Shown here: positions 56,242-64,000 of the stretch, one piece after another | Position numbering within the stretch: position 1 is the first letter of the stretch | How the letters are laid out: each line of letters begins with the position of its first letter | Virus record (IMG/VR): IMGVR_UViG_3300036799_000043 | Location: 1-64,000 of that record | Strand: one strand, 5' to 3' | DNA from: a virus | Length of the DNA: 64,000 nt | Program-made: the position numbers and the translations under genes | Notes under the pieces: model-generated | What the model saw: the letters and a program-made list of their open reading frames with translations, nothing else | Database searches by the model: none | What the model was told of the DNA's origin: nothing

Positions 56242-56754
56242 ATGAGCGACAGCCAGGAGCACTATCTGGTGGTGCGTAACGCGCTCGACGAGCAGAACCC
56301 AGACAAGTACACCCACCTACTGCGCAGTGGCATTGGTTCTGCTGCACAGTGGAGTATCACAACTGCACTGCAGGAGCTTGGCGTCAAACACCGCTATAGC
56401 GTCAGCGTGCAAGACATTGCAATTTGGACGACGCCAGATGACGCCGAACGCGCCGAGTGGATCGCGCACCGCGTCGAGGAGCGCTCCAAGACGTGGGAAT
56501 TCGTGCAGCGCTTCGCTACAGTTATGGAGCACAAGTTCTCACTGAATCGCCACAAGGGTGATCGTGATGGCTGGCTTGTAATGTCGCCAAACGAGATCAT
56601 GCTCAAGCTACGCGCTGAGATGTGTGAGCTTGAAGCCGCATATCACGAGTGGTATCTAAACTCAACAGTTGAGGCAGCGCGTGCTGTGCTGCTGGAAGCT
56701 GCAGACGTTGGTAACTTCTGTGTCGAGCTAACCGACAAGATTGGTGCCCTCTGA
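56242..56754 (+). CDS. MazG-like (all-alpha pyrophosphatase) domain protein
   Basis: 'ME.K...N.HKG..GW', 'E..EL', 'EAADVGNF'. Confidence 0.55.
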   Translation: MSDSQEHYLVVRNALDEQNPDKYTHLLRSGIGSAAQWSITTALQELGVKHRYSVSVQDIAIWTTPDDAERAEWIAHRVEERSKTWEFVQRFATVMEHKFSLNRHKGDRDGWLVMSPNEIMLKLRAEMCELEAAYHEWYLNSTVEAARAVLLEAADVGNFCVELTDKIGAL

Positions 56755-56982
56755 TGGCGGCCATTGTCGCGCGCGAACCTGGTAAGTCAGCGTCGGTAGT
56801 CAACAGTCAAAACGTGGCGTTTGTCGATGCTGACTACCGACGCAAGACAGTGACCGTGTACTTTGCGCCAAGTCCAGCGAATGTCTTGAGCAAAACATGG
56901 TTATTCGACTCCAGAGAAGGTGTTGACAGGATGCTGGACACGTGCGCTGCTGCGTTCGACGCCGACGCTGGGATTGGTAGCA

Positions 56983-57342
56983 ATGATTGACGCTATCGAG
57001 GCGCGACTCATCAGCGGTTGCACAGAATGGACGACAGCCGACGTGCAAGCGCTCGTCGACGAGATGCGTAAGCCGCTACGACACGAGTACGACCCAGTTT
57101 CGCTGCTTGAGGCCGCACAGTGGCTAGAGACGTTGCGCTCGCTGTATCACCGAGAGGAGGCGTACTGCAAAAGGCTTGAGGCCGCCAACGCAGCGATGCG
57201 CGAAGTCGTCGAGTTTGCCGGCTACTGGGCGACCGCTCGCGGCAAGCATATCGAGCGCTGGGCGCGACGCCTCAAAGAGGTGTACCGCGAGTATCGCGCT
57301 ACGACACCGCAAGAGACTGCCGCAGGGAGCTACATGGGATGA
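56983..57342 (+). CDS. Hypothetical protein
   Basis: Overlap-coupled. Confidence 0.5.
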   Translation: MIDAIEARLISGCTEWTTADVQALVDEMRKPLRHEYDPVSLLEAAQWLETLRSLYHREEAYCKRLEAANAAMREVVEFAGYWATARGKHIERWARRLKEVYREYRATTPQETAAGSYMG

Positions 57343-57478
57343 GCGTAGAAGCCGCATTGACGTTGGCTGTTGTGTTTGACATTATCATGCTCGCCTGGCT
57401 GTTCGCGCTGACAGCGAACGTGCGCGCACTTGAGTCCGATCTGCTGGCGATGTATCGGGAGACACGCGAGCGCACAAA

Positions 57479-57949
57479 GTGAGTGGGCCACACTGCGACG
57501 TGTGCGGTGCTGACAGCATTGCTGTCGCGTGCAGTGCCCTGGGTGCGGTCAGCTTCGCTTACTGTCGAGACTGCGCTATCAATGGTGCAGAGCCGCGCGG
57601 CATTCTTGAGGGCATGGTGCTCGACATGATGAGCGGTCCAGTTCCGTTCACGCCAGAAGTCGAGACAGCTAATTGGCTGCTCGACGGTGTGACAACGCTG
57701 ATCGACGGCGAGTACGTCGTCGCGCGCGAAGCGCTCAAGCTGCCGAGTGATGACGACATCGCGCGCTATCTCGACGACGGTGGGCCTGTCGACCTGATGG
57801 GCTGGGCACATCGAGTGATGCGCGCGTCCAGAGAAGCGACTGACATGTCAAACAAGCTGCACTGCGAAGGTGTGCCACATGTCGACTGTCACTGCACGTG
57901 CTCGTGCTGTTTTCGCGTGTGTGATCCTGATGCGACATGTGCGTTCTGA
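57479..57949 (+). CDS. Cys-rich hypothetical protein
   Basis: 'CDVCG.....VACS..G..S.AYC..C...GAEP'. Confidence 0.55.
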   Translation: MSGPHCDVCGADSIAVACSALGAVSFAYCRDCAINGAEPRGILEGMVLDMMSGPVPFTPEVETANWLLDGVTTLIDGEYVVAREALKLPSDDDIARYLDDGGPVDLMGWAHRVMRASREATDMSNKLHCEGVPHVDCHCTCSCCFRVCDPDATCAF

Positions 57950-58392
57950 GTGATGGATCGCTGCTGCGCGCGCTGATGAGCGGTGTACTCGTCATACGCC
58001 CCTGGGACGTAAAGTACATACAGCCGTGTAGCTACGATCTGCACTTAGCACAGGACATCGACCTTGAGCCATTCGAGAGCGCACTTGCCGACACGGTCGA
58101 GTGGATCGAGATGCCACCGCACCTGCGCGGTACGCTCGCTGGCAGGTCGTCAGTTGCACGACTGTTCGTGCAGCCGCACTGTCAGGGTGGCTACATAGAT
58201 CCTGGCTTTCACGGCACGCTGACACTTGAGATTACCAACTTGAGTCGCGAGCATCGACACTTCGACGCTGGCGACAGACTGCTACAGATGGAGGTAAGTC
58301 AACTCGACAAAGCCGCGCTCAATCCGTATCACGGTCGTTACTTAGACCAATCAGGACCTACGTCGAGTCGTTTCGGGCACGGCGACAACTAG
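57937..58392 (+). CDS. dcd: dCTP deaminase (compact form)
   Basis: 'IQPCSYDLHL', 'GRSSVAR', 'IDPGFHGTLTLEI.N', 'PY.GRY..Q.G'. Confidence 0.9.
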   Translation: MCVLSDGSLLRALMSGVLVIRPWDVKYIQPCSYDLHLAQDIDLEPFESALADTVEWIEMPPHLRGTLAGRSSVARLFVQPHCQGGYIDPGFHGTLTLEITNLSREHRHFDAGDRLLQMEVSQLDKAALNPYHGRYLDQSGPTSSRFGHGDN

Positions 58393-58411
58393 CTTTCCCA
58401 CACGCGAAAGG

Positions 58412-60685
58412 TTGCACGTGACACTTAGCTTAGAAGAACAGCGCGCAGTCACAGAGGCAGTACCGCCCAAGCAGATCACGAAACGTGACGGCAGAGTCGT
58501 CGACTTCGACGCCACACGTATTCGACGAGCGTTGGCGTTGTGCTTCACCGGCGTCGGTAAATACGACGCAGAGCGCATTGACGAGATCGCGGGTCGCGTC
58601 GTTATGGCGGTGTCGTATCGAGACTCGATCACTGTCGAGCAAGTGCAGGACATCGTTGAGGTGATTCTGCAAGCTGCTGGCGAGTACGCTGCAGCGAAGC
58701 ACTACATCCTGTATCGTGCAGAGCACGCCAAGCAGCGCGCAGAGCGTCCTGTGCCGGACGACATGCGCGCGCTGTTCGAGTCGAGCGCGACGTACTTTCC
58801 AACGCAGCTACAGCAGTTCCAGTTCTTCGATAAGTACTCGCGCTTCGACTACGACAAGGGCAGGCGTGAGACGTGGGAGGAGACCGTCAATCGTTCGGTC
58901 GACTTCCTGCACGAGCTTGTCGCCAGTCGCACGCGCATCGACCTTGGCGGCAACTTCTACGACACAATCCGACGTGGCATGCTCGACATGCGCGCCATGC
59001 CCAGTATGCGTCTGCTCGCGATGGCTGGCCCCGCAGCACGACGCGACAACTCGTGCATTTACAACTGCACGTACTTGCCCATCAGCGACATGGGCGCGTT
59101 CGCAGAGACGCTGCTACTCAGCATGGCAGGTTGCGGTGTCGGTTTCTCTGTCGAGTCGCGCTATGTCGAGCAGTTTCCTCGAGTTTCTCGCCAAAATACG
59201 CGTGACGCGATGCCGTACCTTATCGACGACAGCACGGAAGGCTGGGCGCAAGCACTGCTGTTCGGACTCGAATGCTGGTTCAGCGGCTGGGATGCCAAGT
59301 TCAACTACGACGAGATTCGACCAGCAGGCACGCCGCTGCGCACGAAAGGCGGTCGTGCGAGCGGGCCCGAGCCGCTGCGTAAAATGCTCGACTTCACACG
59401 CGCTCGAATCCTTGCACGTCAAGGGCGTACGCTGCGCACGATAGACGCGCACGACATAGCGTGCATGGTCGGCTCAGCAGCGGTCAGCGGCGGTATGCGA
59501 CGCACTGCAATGATCTCGCTCTTTGACTTCGACGACACCGCAATGCGTCTGTGCAAGAGCGGTGACTTTGAGCGCGAGAATTCGCAGCGCTGGAATGCCA
59601 ATAACTCTGCAGTCTGGCCAGACGAGGACCTAGACCAGCTACAGGTAATCGAGCAGGTGATGGACATGGTGAAGTCGCAGCGCGGAGAGCCGGGTATCTT
59701 CAACCTGCGTGCTGTGCGTCTGACGCTGCCTGAGCGACGCACGTACAGCGACGAGCTACGTACGAACCCATGCGGCGAGATCATTCTGCCACCGTATGGC
59801 ATGTGTAATCTGAGCATCGCTGTCGCGCGTGCTGGTGACACGCTGTACGACTTGCGTCAGAAGGTCGAGCTTGCAGCGCAGATCGGCACAATCCAGTCAC
59901 TCGCAACACACTTCCCGAATCTACGTGCAGACTGGAAGAGTAACTGCGAGCGTGAGCGCTTGCTGGGCGTCGACATCACTGGCCAGCTAGACTGCATTGC
60001 TGCACAGGTTCCAGAAGTGCAGCGCGATCTACGGCGTCACGCTGTCGATGTCAACAAACGACTTGCAGACGTGCTTGGCATCAATCAAGCAGCGAGCGTG
60101 ACGTGCGTCAAGCCAAGTGGCAATAGCTCGCAACTGCTCGACTGCTCAAGCGGTCTGCACGCGCGCTGGAGCAAGTTCTACGAACGCAACGTACGCGTCT
60201 CTGCACACGGCACGCTGTACAAGGTGCTCAGAGACGCGGGTGTGCCTATGGACCCGGAGAACGGTCAATTTGCGGGCACCGCAAATACGTACGTCGCGCA
60301 CTTCGTCGTCAAGGCGCCTGATCGAGCGATCACGCGCGACTCGCGTACTGCGCTCGAACAGTGTCGCTACTGGCTGCAGTGCAAGCGAGAGTGGACTGAG
60401 CACAACCCGTCGGTGACGATCACGTACGCGCCAGACGAGATCGCTGGTCTGATTACGTGGATATGGGAGAACCGCGACGTGATCGGCGGCATGGCCTTCC
60501 TGCCGATCAACGATGCCAAGTACGCGCAGCTTCCATACATCGAGATCGACGAAGCCGAGTACGAGCGACGCGCAGCAGCGTTTCCCACAATCGACTTCTC
60601 GAAGATTTACCGATACGAATCGGTCGATCTGACAACAGCGGCGCAGGAGCTTGCATGTCTCGCTGGAGTCTGCGAAGTCGAGTAA
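58412..60685 (+). CDS. nrdJ: Class II (adenosylcobalamin-dependent) ribonucleotide reductase with N-terminal ATP cone
   Basis: ATP cone 'ITKRDGRVVDFD', 'PSMR', 'YNC', 'GCGVGFS', 'TNPCGEI', 'TCVKPSG', C-terminal CLAGVCE. Confidence 0.92.
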   Translation: MHVTLSLEEQRAVTEAVPPKQITKRDGRVVDFDATRIRRALALCFTGVGKYDAERIDEIAGRVVMAVSYRDSITVEQVQDIVEVILQAAGEYAAAKHYILYRAEHAKQRAERPVPDDMRALFESSATYFPTQLQQFQFFDKYSRFDYDKGRRETWEETVNRSVDFLHELVASRTRIDLGGNFYDTIRRGMLDMRAMPSMRLLAMAGPAARRDNSCIYNCTYLPISDMGAFAETLLLSMAGCGVGFSVESRYVEQFPRVSRQNTRDAMPYLIDDSTEGWAQALLFGLECWFSGWDAKFNYDEIRPAGTPLRTKGGRASGPEPLRKMLDFTRARILARQGRTLRTIDAHDIACMVGSAAVSGGMRRTAMISLFDFDDTAMRLCKSGDFERENSQRWNANNSAVWPDEDLDQLQVIEQVMDMVKSQRGEPGIFNLRAVRLTLPERRTYSDELRTNPCGEIILPPYGMCNLSIAVARAGDTLYDLRQKVELAAQIGTIQSLATHFPNLRADWKSNCERERLLGVDITGQLDCIAAQVPEVQRDLRRHAVDVNKRLADVLGINQAASVTCVKPSGNSSQLLDCSSGLHARWSKFYERNVRVSAHGTLYKVLRDAGVPMDPENGQFAGTANTYVAHFVVKAPDRAITRDSRTALEQCRYWLQCKREWTEHNPSVTITYAPDEIAGLITWIWENRDVIGGMAFLPINDAKYAQLPYIEIDEAEYERRAAAFPTIDFSKIYRYESVDLTTAAQELACLAGVCEVE

Positions 60686-60721
60686 GCTTGTAGCGATCCG
60701 TCGTACGGGTCTCCTGTTTCT

Positions 60722-60756
60722 GAAACGCCACTCGTTGCCGCGAGTGGCGTTTTCTT
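60722..60756 (+). terminator. Intrinsic terminator after nrdJ
   Basis: gaaacgccactcg-ttgccg-cgagtggcgttttctt. Confidence 0.8.
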
Positions 60757-60795
60757 ATTGCGCTCAGCAATACAGTGCCGTATAGTGTCAGAGAC

Positions 60796-61041
60796 ATGAG
60801 CAAGCGACGACAGGGAACGAACGCAGCGCTTGAGAGCTATGACGAGACGTTGAGCGCGAGCTACATCGCCAGGCAGCAAGCACGCGAGAGCGAAGCGCAA
60901 CTCCTTGAAAGTCGCGCGCTCGAAGCCGACCAGAACGCGAGCGAGTGGGAGCACGACGACGACGACTGCGGATGTCACTGCATGTACGTTCGTATGGCCG
61001 AGAGCTACCGCGAGCGCGCTAGCACGACACGAAGGGGATAA
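60796..61041 (+). CDS. Hypothetical protein
   Basis: After promoter TTGCGC-17-TATAGT (60758-60786). Confidence 0.5.
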   Translation: MSKRRQGTNAALESYDETLSASYIARQQARESEAQLLESRALEADQNASEWEHDDDDCGCHCMYVRMAESYRERASTTRRG

Positions 61042-61045
61042 CGCC

Positions 61046-61282
61046 ATGACAGCACGACAGATTGACACGACGCGCATGATCGCCAGCTTCGACTCGATCA
61101 GCAAGAAGAACGGCCAGAGCGCTCGACACTACGTCGCACTCGGATTCAGAGCGGTGCAAGCGTGCGACGGTCGCAGCATCAGCGCCGTCTCTGTCAGCGC
61201 GACAGACGAGCGCTACAAGACATGCGTACGCTGCGCGAAGCTTGCTGCGTCACAAACTGGCGAAACACTTGCGTCGACGTAA
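61046..61282 (+). CDS. Hypothetical protein
   Basis: SD AAGGGG; H...C...CVRC. Confidence 0.5.
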   Translation: MTARQIDTTRMIASFDSISKKNGQSARHYVALGFRAVQACDGRSISAVSVSATDERYKTCVRCAKLAASQTGETLAST

Positions 61283-61306
61283 ACAGCGCTGTATATTGTG
61301 AGAGTC

Positions 61307-61690
61307 ATGAACACACGACGAAAGCCCCGCTGGGTGATGTATGCAGAGAATCAGGAAGCTCGCAAAGCAGCAGCGCGCGACGCGCTCAAGAACCCCATGA
61401 CCGTAATCAACGGCCGCGTGCGCAGCAGCAGCGAGTACGCATCCGCAGTCGAGCGCTGCGCCGCCGCCATCACCGCTTTCTACTCGCGCGATCTGACAGA
61501 CGAGCAATTTACTGCAGAGTTTCGCGCTCGTGGTGGACGCACGAAGATTCGATGCGAGATCGTCTCGGAGACGCTCGCTGGCGAGACAGTCTTCGGCAGC
61601 GAACTTGCTGGAAACATTCCGATGGAATGCTTTATCTCGCTCGAAGACATGCAGCTAGTCGAGATACGCGCGCTCCGATCGCGCGAATGA
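61307..61690 (+). CDS. Hypothetical protein
   Basis: After promoter TTGCGT-17-TATATT (61269-61297). Confidence 0.55.
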   Translation: MNTRRKPRWVMYAENQEARKAAARDALKNPMTVINGRVRSSSEYASAVERCAAAITAFYSRDLTDEQFTAEFRARGGRTKIRCEIVSETLAGETVFGSELAGNIPMECFISLEDMQLVEIRALRSRE

Positions 61691-61698
61691 GGAGAGTC

Positions 61699-61914
61699 AT
61701 GAACAACACGACACCAGAGTACCTGTTGAGTGGTTGCGAGCGCGATATCTGCTACGGCGGACACGAGGACGCCGTCAAGCAGCGCAAGAGCGACGCGCGC
61801 TGGTTCATCACAATGGGCCACCCAGGCTTCAATAGCGCGACAAACAACGGGCGTGGCTACAGAACATACGCGACCGCTTACGCTGCGCTGGATCGATACG
61901 GAGCCCGCAAGTGA
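61699..61914 (+). CDS. Hypothetical protein
   Basis: SD GAGGAG. Confidence 0.5.
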   Translation: MNNTTPEYLLSGCERDICYGGHEDAVKQRKSDARWFITMGHPGFNSATNNGRGYRTYATAYAALDRYGARK

Positions 61915-62138
61915 TTGCTCGTGCCGAGACGCGTGAGTATCGAGCCGCGTACACACGCGGCTGGAGCTACTCGCAGCGCGAGACAGCGACTCTCGATCAC
62001 GTCGACTCGCAGTACGGCCGAGATCCGCGTTACAACGCGATTCTTGACGGCTACCTAGATGCCGCTGCGGGACGTGAGAAGTACCACATGCTGCAGTGCT
62101 CGCTTGGCAAGATCGAGTGCAGCGAGCACGACTGGTGA
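61911..62138 (+). CDS. Hypothetical protein
   Basis: GTGA overlap; 'YTRGW..S', 'DGY.D.A.GR.K.H'. Confidence 0.5.
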   Translation: MIARAETREYRAAYTRGWSYSQRETATLDHVDSQYGRDPRYNAILDGYLDAAAGREKYHMLQCSLGKIECSEHDW

Positions 62139-62206
62139 AATGTAACAGAAGTCACAGAGTGGCGTAATCGCTTGCGCTTTAGTATGCAGCGCTGTATATT
62201 GAACGC

Positions 62207-62854
62207 ATGAACACGATGAAGACACCGCTGCAACAGCAACAGTTCGCGACCGCCCTCAAAGTGCAGACGACAGAGGCAATCAAGCAGTACACAATCATCC
62301 AAGCGCGATTGATTCAACTGGGTTTTGGCGAATATTGCGGGCGCTGCGGTGGCAGTGGCCACTACTCGTTCAATCTGCGCGATGGAACGATCTGCTTCGG
62401 ATGCGCCGGCAGCGGCTGGGTCGCTCGCAAGCTCACCGCGAAGCTGCTCGCTGAGATCACTGCGATTGGCGACGACAAGCTCGCTGCAGCTATCGAGGAG
62501 ATCACCGAGCGCACGCGACTGCGCAAAGCAGCGACAAATGCAGCCAAGCGCGTACTCGACACGTGGAGCGCGACTGACGTTAGCAAAGCATACAAGTGGA
62601 CGAATGCGTACAAGTCGAGCCACACGTACAGCGAGCGGGACGAGTACATCGCTGACACGTTCAATAAGCCGATGCACGATCTCTACAAAGCAGTCGAGCA
62701 GGAGAGCGCGCAAGTCGCGTGGATGAGCCAGCGACTCGCGACGCGCGATCCCGAACTGCTCGCAGCGCAGCGCACGCTCGTCGAGCACGCTGACGCCGCA
62801 GTCGTGTCGATCAACGCCCTTGCAGAGCAGCTACGCAGCTTTCTCGCTGCGTAG
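62207..62854 (+). CDS. Protein with DnaJ-like CxxCxGxG zinc finger
   Basis: CGRCGGSG...CFGCAGSG; leaderless after the 62172-62200 promoter. Confidence 0.65.
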   Translation: MNTMKTPLQQQQFATALKVQTTEAIKQYTIIQARLIQLGFGEYCGRCGGSGHYSFNLRDGTICFGCAGSGWVARKLTAKLLAEITAIGDDKLAAAIEEITERTRLRKAATNAAKRVLDTWSATDVSKAYKWTNAYKSSHTYSERDEYIADTFNKPMHDLYKAVEQESAQVAWMSQRLATRDPELLAAQRTLVEHADAAVVSINALAEQLRSFLAA

Positions 62855-62900
62855 TTCTTGCGCATTGCACACTCAGCGCTGTATAGTGCGACTACACACG

Positions 62901-63107
62901 ATGACAACAGCAACGAACGCCCTGTGGTTCTTAGGACCACCGCTGCCACAAGCAGAACGCGCTTACGCCGCCGCTCAGCAACGCGCTACAGAACGCCAGA
63001 GCGAGAGTGCTCAGCGTGACGCAGCAGCAGTCAGACGAGCGCGTAACGCGCGCTTCGCGATGCTGCACGATCTCAACGTCAAAAGCTGGAAAGGAAGTCA
63101 ACGATGA
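62901..63107 (+). CDS. Hypothetical protein
   Basis: After promoter 62858-62887. Confidence 0.45.
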   Translation: MTTATNALWFLGPPLPQAERAYAAAQQRATERQSESAQRDAAAVRRARNARFAMLHDLNVKSWKGSQR

Positions 63108-63532
63108 TACAGCGAGTCACCGAGCGCCCAGCATCGTACTGGGTCGCTCAGCAGAAAGATTGGATCGCACGCTGCGGCGGCGATCTCGAAGGCTACATCG
63201 CGAACTACGGCAGCGTGCACGACGAGCAGCACAGCGGCGACGGCGGTGAAGCGATCTACGCTGCAGACATCGCGTATTTGCGCCAGCTTGAAGCTCGACA
63301 CGCCGACGAGCGCGACCTGCGACGCGTAAACGACAGCCGTGCCGGGCGTGCGCAGAGCGAGCGTCGCTTGCGCGCTGAAACGGCGCTTACGCATCTCGCG
63401 CACGCCATTGGCTGTATCGAGCGCATACGCGACATGTACCCGCTGGCGCTCAGTGAGGACGCGCGCTCGCTAAGCATGGCTATTGAGGACTTAGACGATG
63501 TGCGCAACTTCGTCTCGTCAACACTGCAATGA
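63104..63532 (+). CDS. Hypothetical protein
   Basis: ATGA overlap; 'QQ..WI..CGG.L.GYI..YG...G.GGEAIY.AD'. Confidence 0.55.
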   Translation: MIQRVTERPASYWVAQQKDWIARCGGDLEGYIANYGSVHDEQHSGDGGEAIYAADIAYLRQLEARHADERDLRRVNDSRAGRAQSERRLRAETALTHLAHAIGCIERIRDMYPLALSEDARSLSMAIEDLDDVRNFVSSTLQ

Positions 63533-63569
63533 CGCCCGAGCCGCGCATCAGAGACGGCAGTATCGCGCG

Positions 63570-63965
63570 GTGAGTGACTATTCGAGCTTCGCTGTGCCGA
63601 AGCCCGTCAAGCGCGTGAAAGCCCAGAAGCGTCGGAAACCGCTCGGAGCGCGCGCTGACCGTGTTGATGATTCGCTGCGCGTCGAAGTACTCAAGCGCGA
63701 CGGCGTATGCTTTCTACGCACGCTGTATGAGGACCACGTGTGCTTCGACAAATTCGACGAGCAGCACGCGTCGACCGACCTCGACAAGCTCGAAGTCGAT
63801 CACTTCTGGCTCGACGGTGCGCACATGGGCGACAGAGCGCCGAGCGACCTCGCGCATCTCGTTGCGATGTGCCACTGGGCGAACGTGATCCACAAACCAA
63901 CACGCGAAGAAAGGGCCGCAGAGCGTGACTACAGCAGACGACTCTACCCAGACGCGCACGACTGA
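63570..63965 (+). CDS. HNH-like endonuclease
   Basis: 'V..RDG.C', 'LEVDH', 'LVAMC...N'. Confidence 0.55.
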   Translation: MSDYSSFAVPKPVKRVKAQKRRKPLGARADRVDDSLRVEVLKRDGVCFLRTLYEDHVCFDKFDEQHASTDLDKLEVDHFWLDGAHMGDRAPSDLAHLVAMCHWANVIHKPTREERAAERDYSRRLYPDAHD

Positions 63966-64000
63966 GACGCACTGTCGCGAGTGCCAGCACCCGCTCGACA

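Noticed and set aside
1-64000. Stop-codon reassignment
   Set aside because: Conserved genes are full length in the standard code, and TAA, TAG and TGA all end genes with normal overlaps
1-64000. Integrated prophage boundary, integrase or transposon
   Set aside because: No recombinase/transposase motifs or host housekeeping genes recognised in the window

Overview
A 64 kb segment of a GC-rich tailed bacteriophage genome with no host housekeeping genes and no integrase, terminase or capsid genes in view. The host is probably a Chloroflexota (less likely Actinomycetota) bacterium, inferred from the class F sortase and the N-terminal domain of the secreted transglycosylase. Layout: (1) 1-10.1 kb, + strand: end of a tail/baseplate module (large GH26+LamG protein, DUF2313-like baseplate protein, fibre-like proteins) and a probable lysis cassette. 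(2) 10.2-22 kb, mostly - strand: small accessory genes (DUF932-like, SLOG, HEXXH protein). (3) An AT-richer divergent control region at about 22.0-22.35 kb. (4) 22.4-35 kb, + strand: HTH protein, Rad52/Sak annealase, primase-helicase, endonuclease, C1 peptidase, ThyX, 2OG-Fe(II) oxygenase, amino-methyltransferase and NUDIX. (5) A second, displaced virion-like module at 36.6-42.2 kb. (6) 42.4-64 kb: ssb, a lipoprotein PLD-family enzyme, a class F sortase with a neighbouring VPDTG substrate, GNAT, DUF1643, dcd, class II RNR and many small early genes. Most notable observations: a complete tRNA cloverleaf whose anticodon loop is replaced by a 127-nt structured insert; a phage-encoded sortase/substrate pair; a candidate methylate-then-oxidise DNA modification locus; a genome-wide promoter family with a CAGYRCTG palindrome and a CACGAC box that lies in the UTR of leadered genes and in codons 2-4 of leaderless genes; and an H-type pseudoknot ahead of ssb. 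All calls come from motif recognition by eye and no searches were run.
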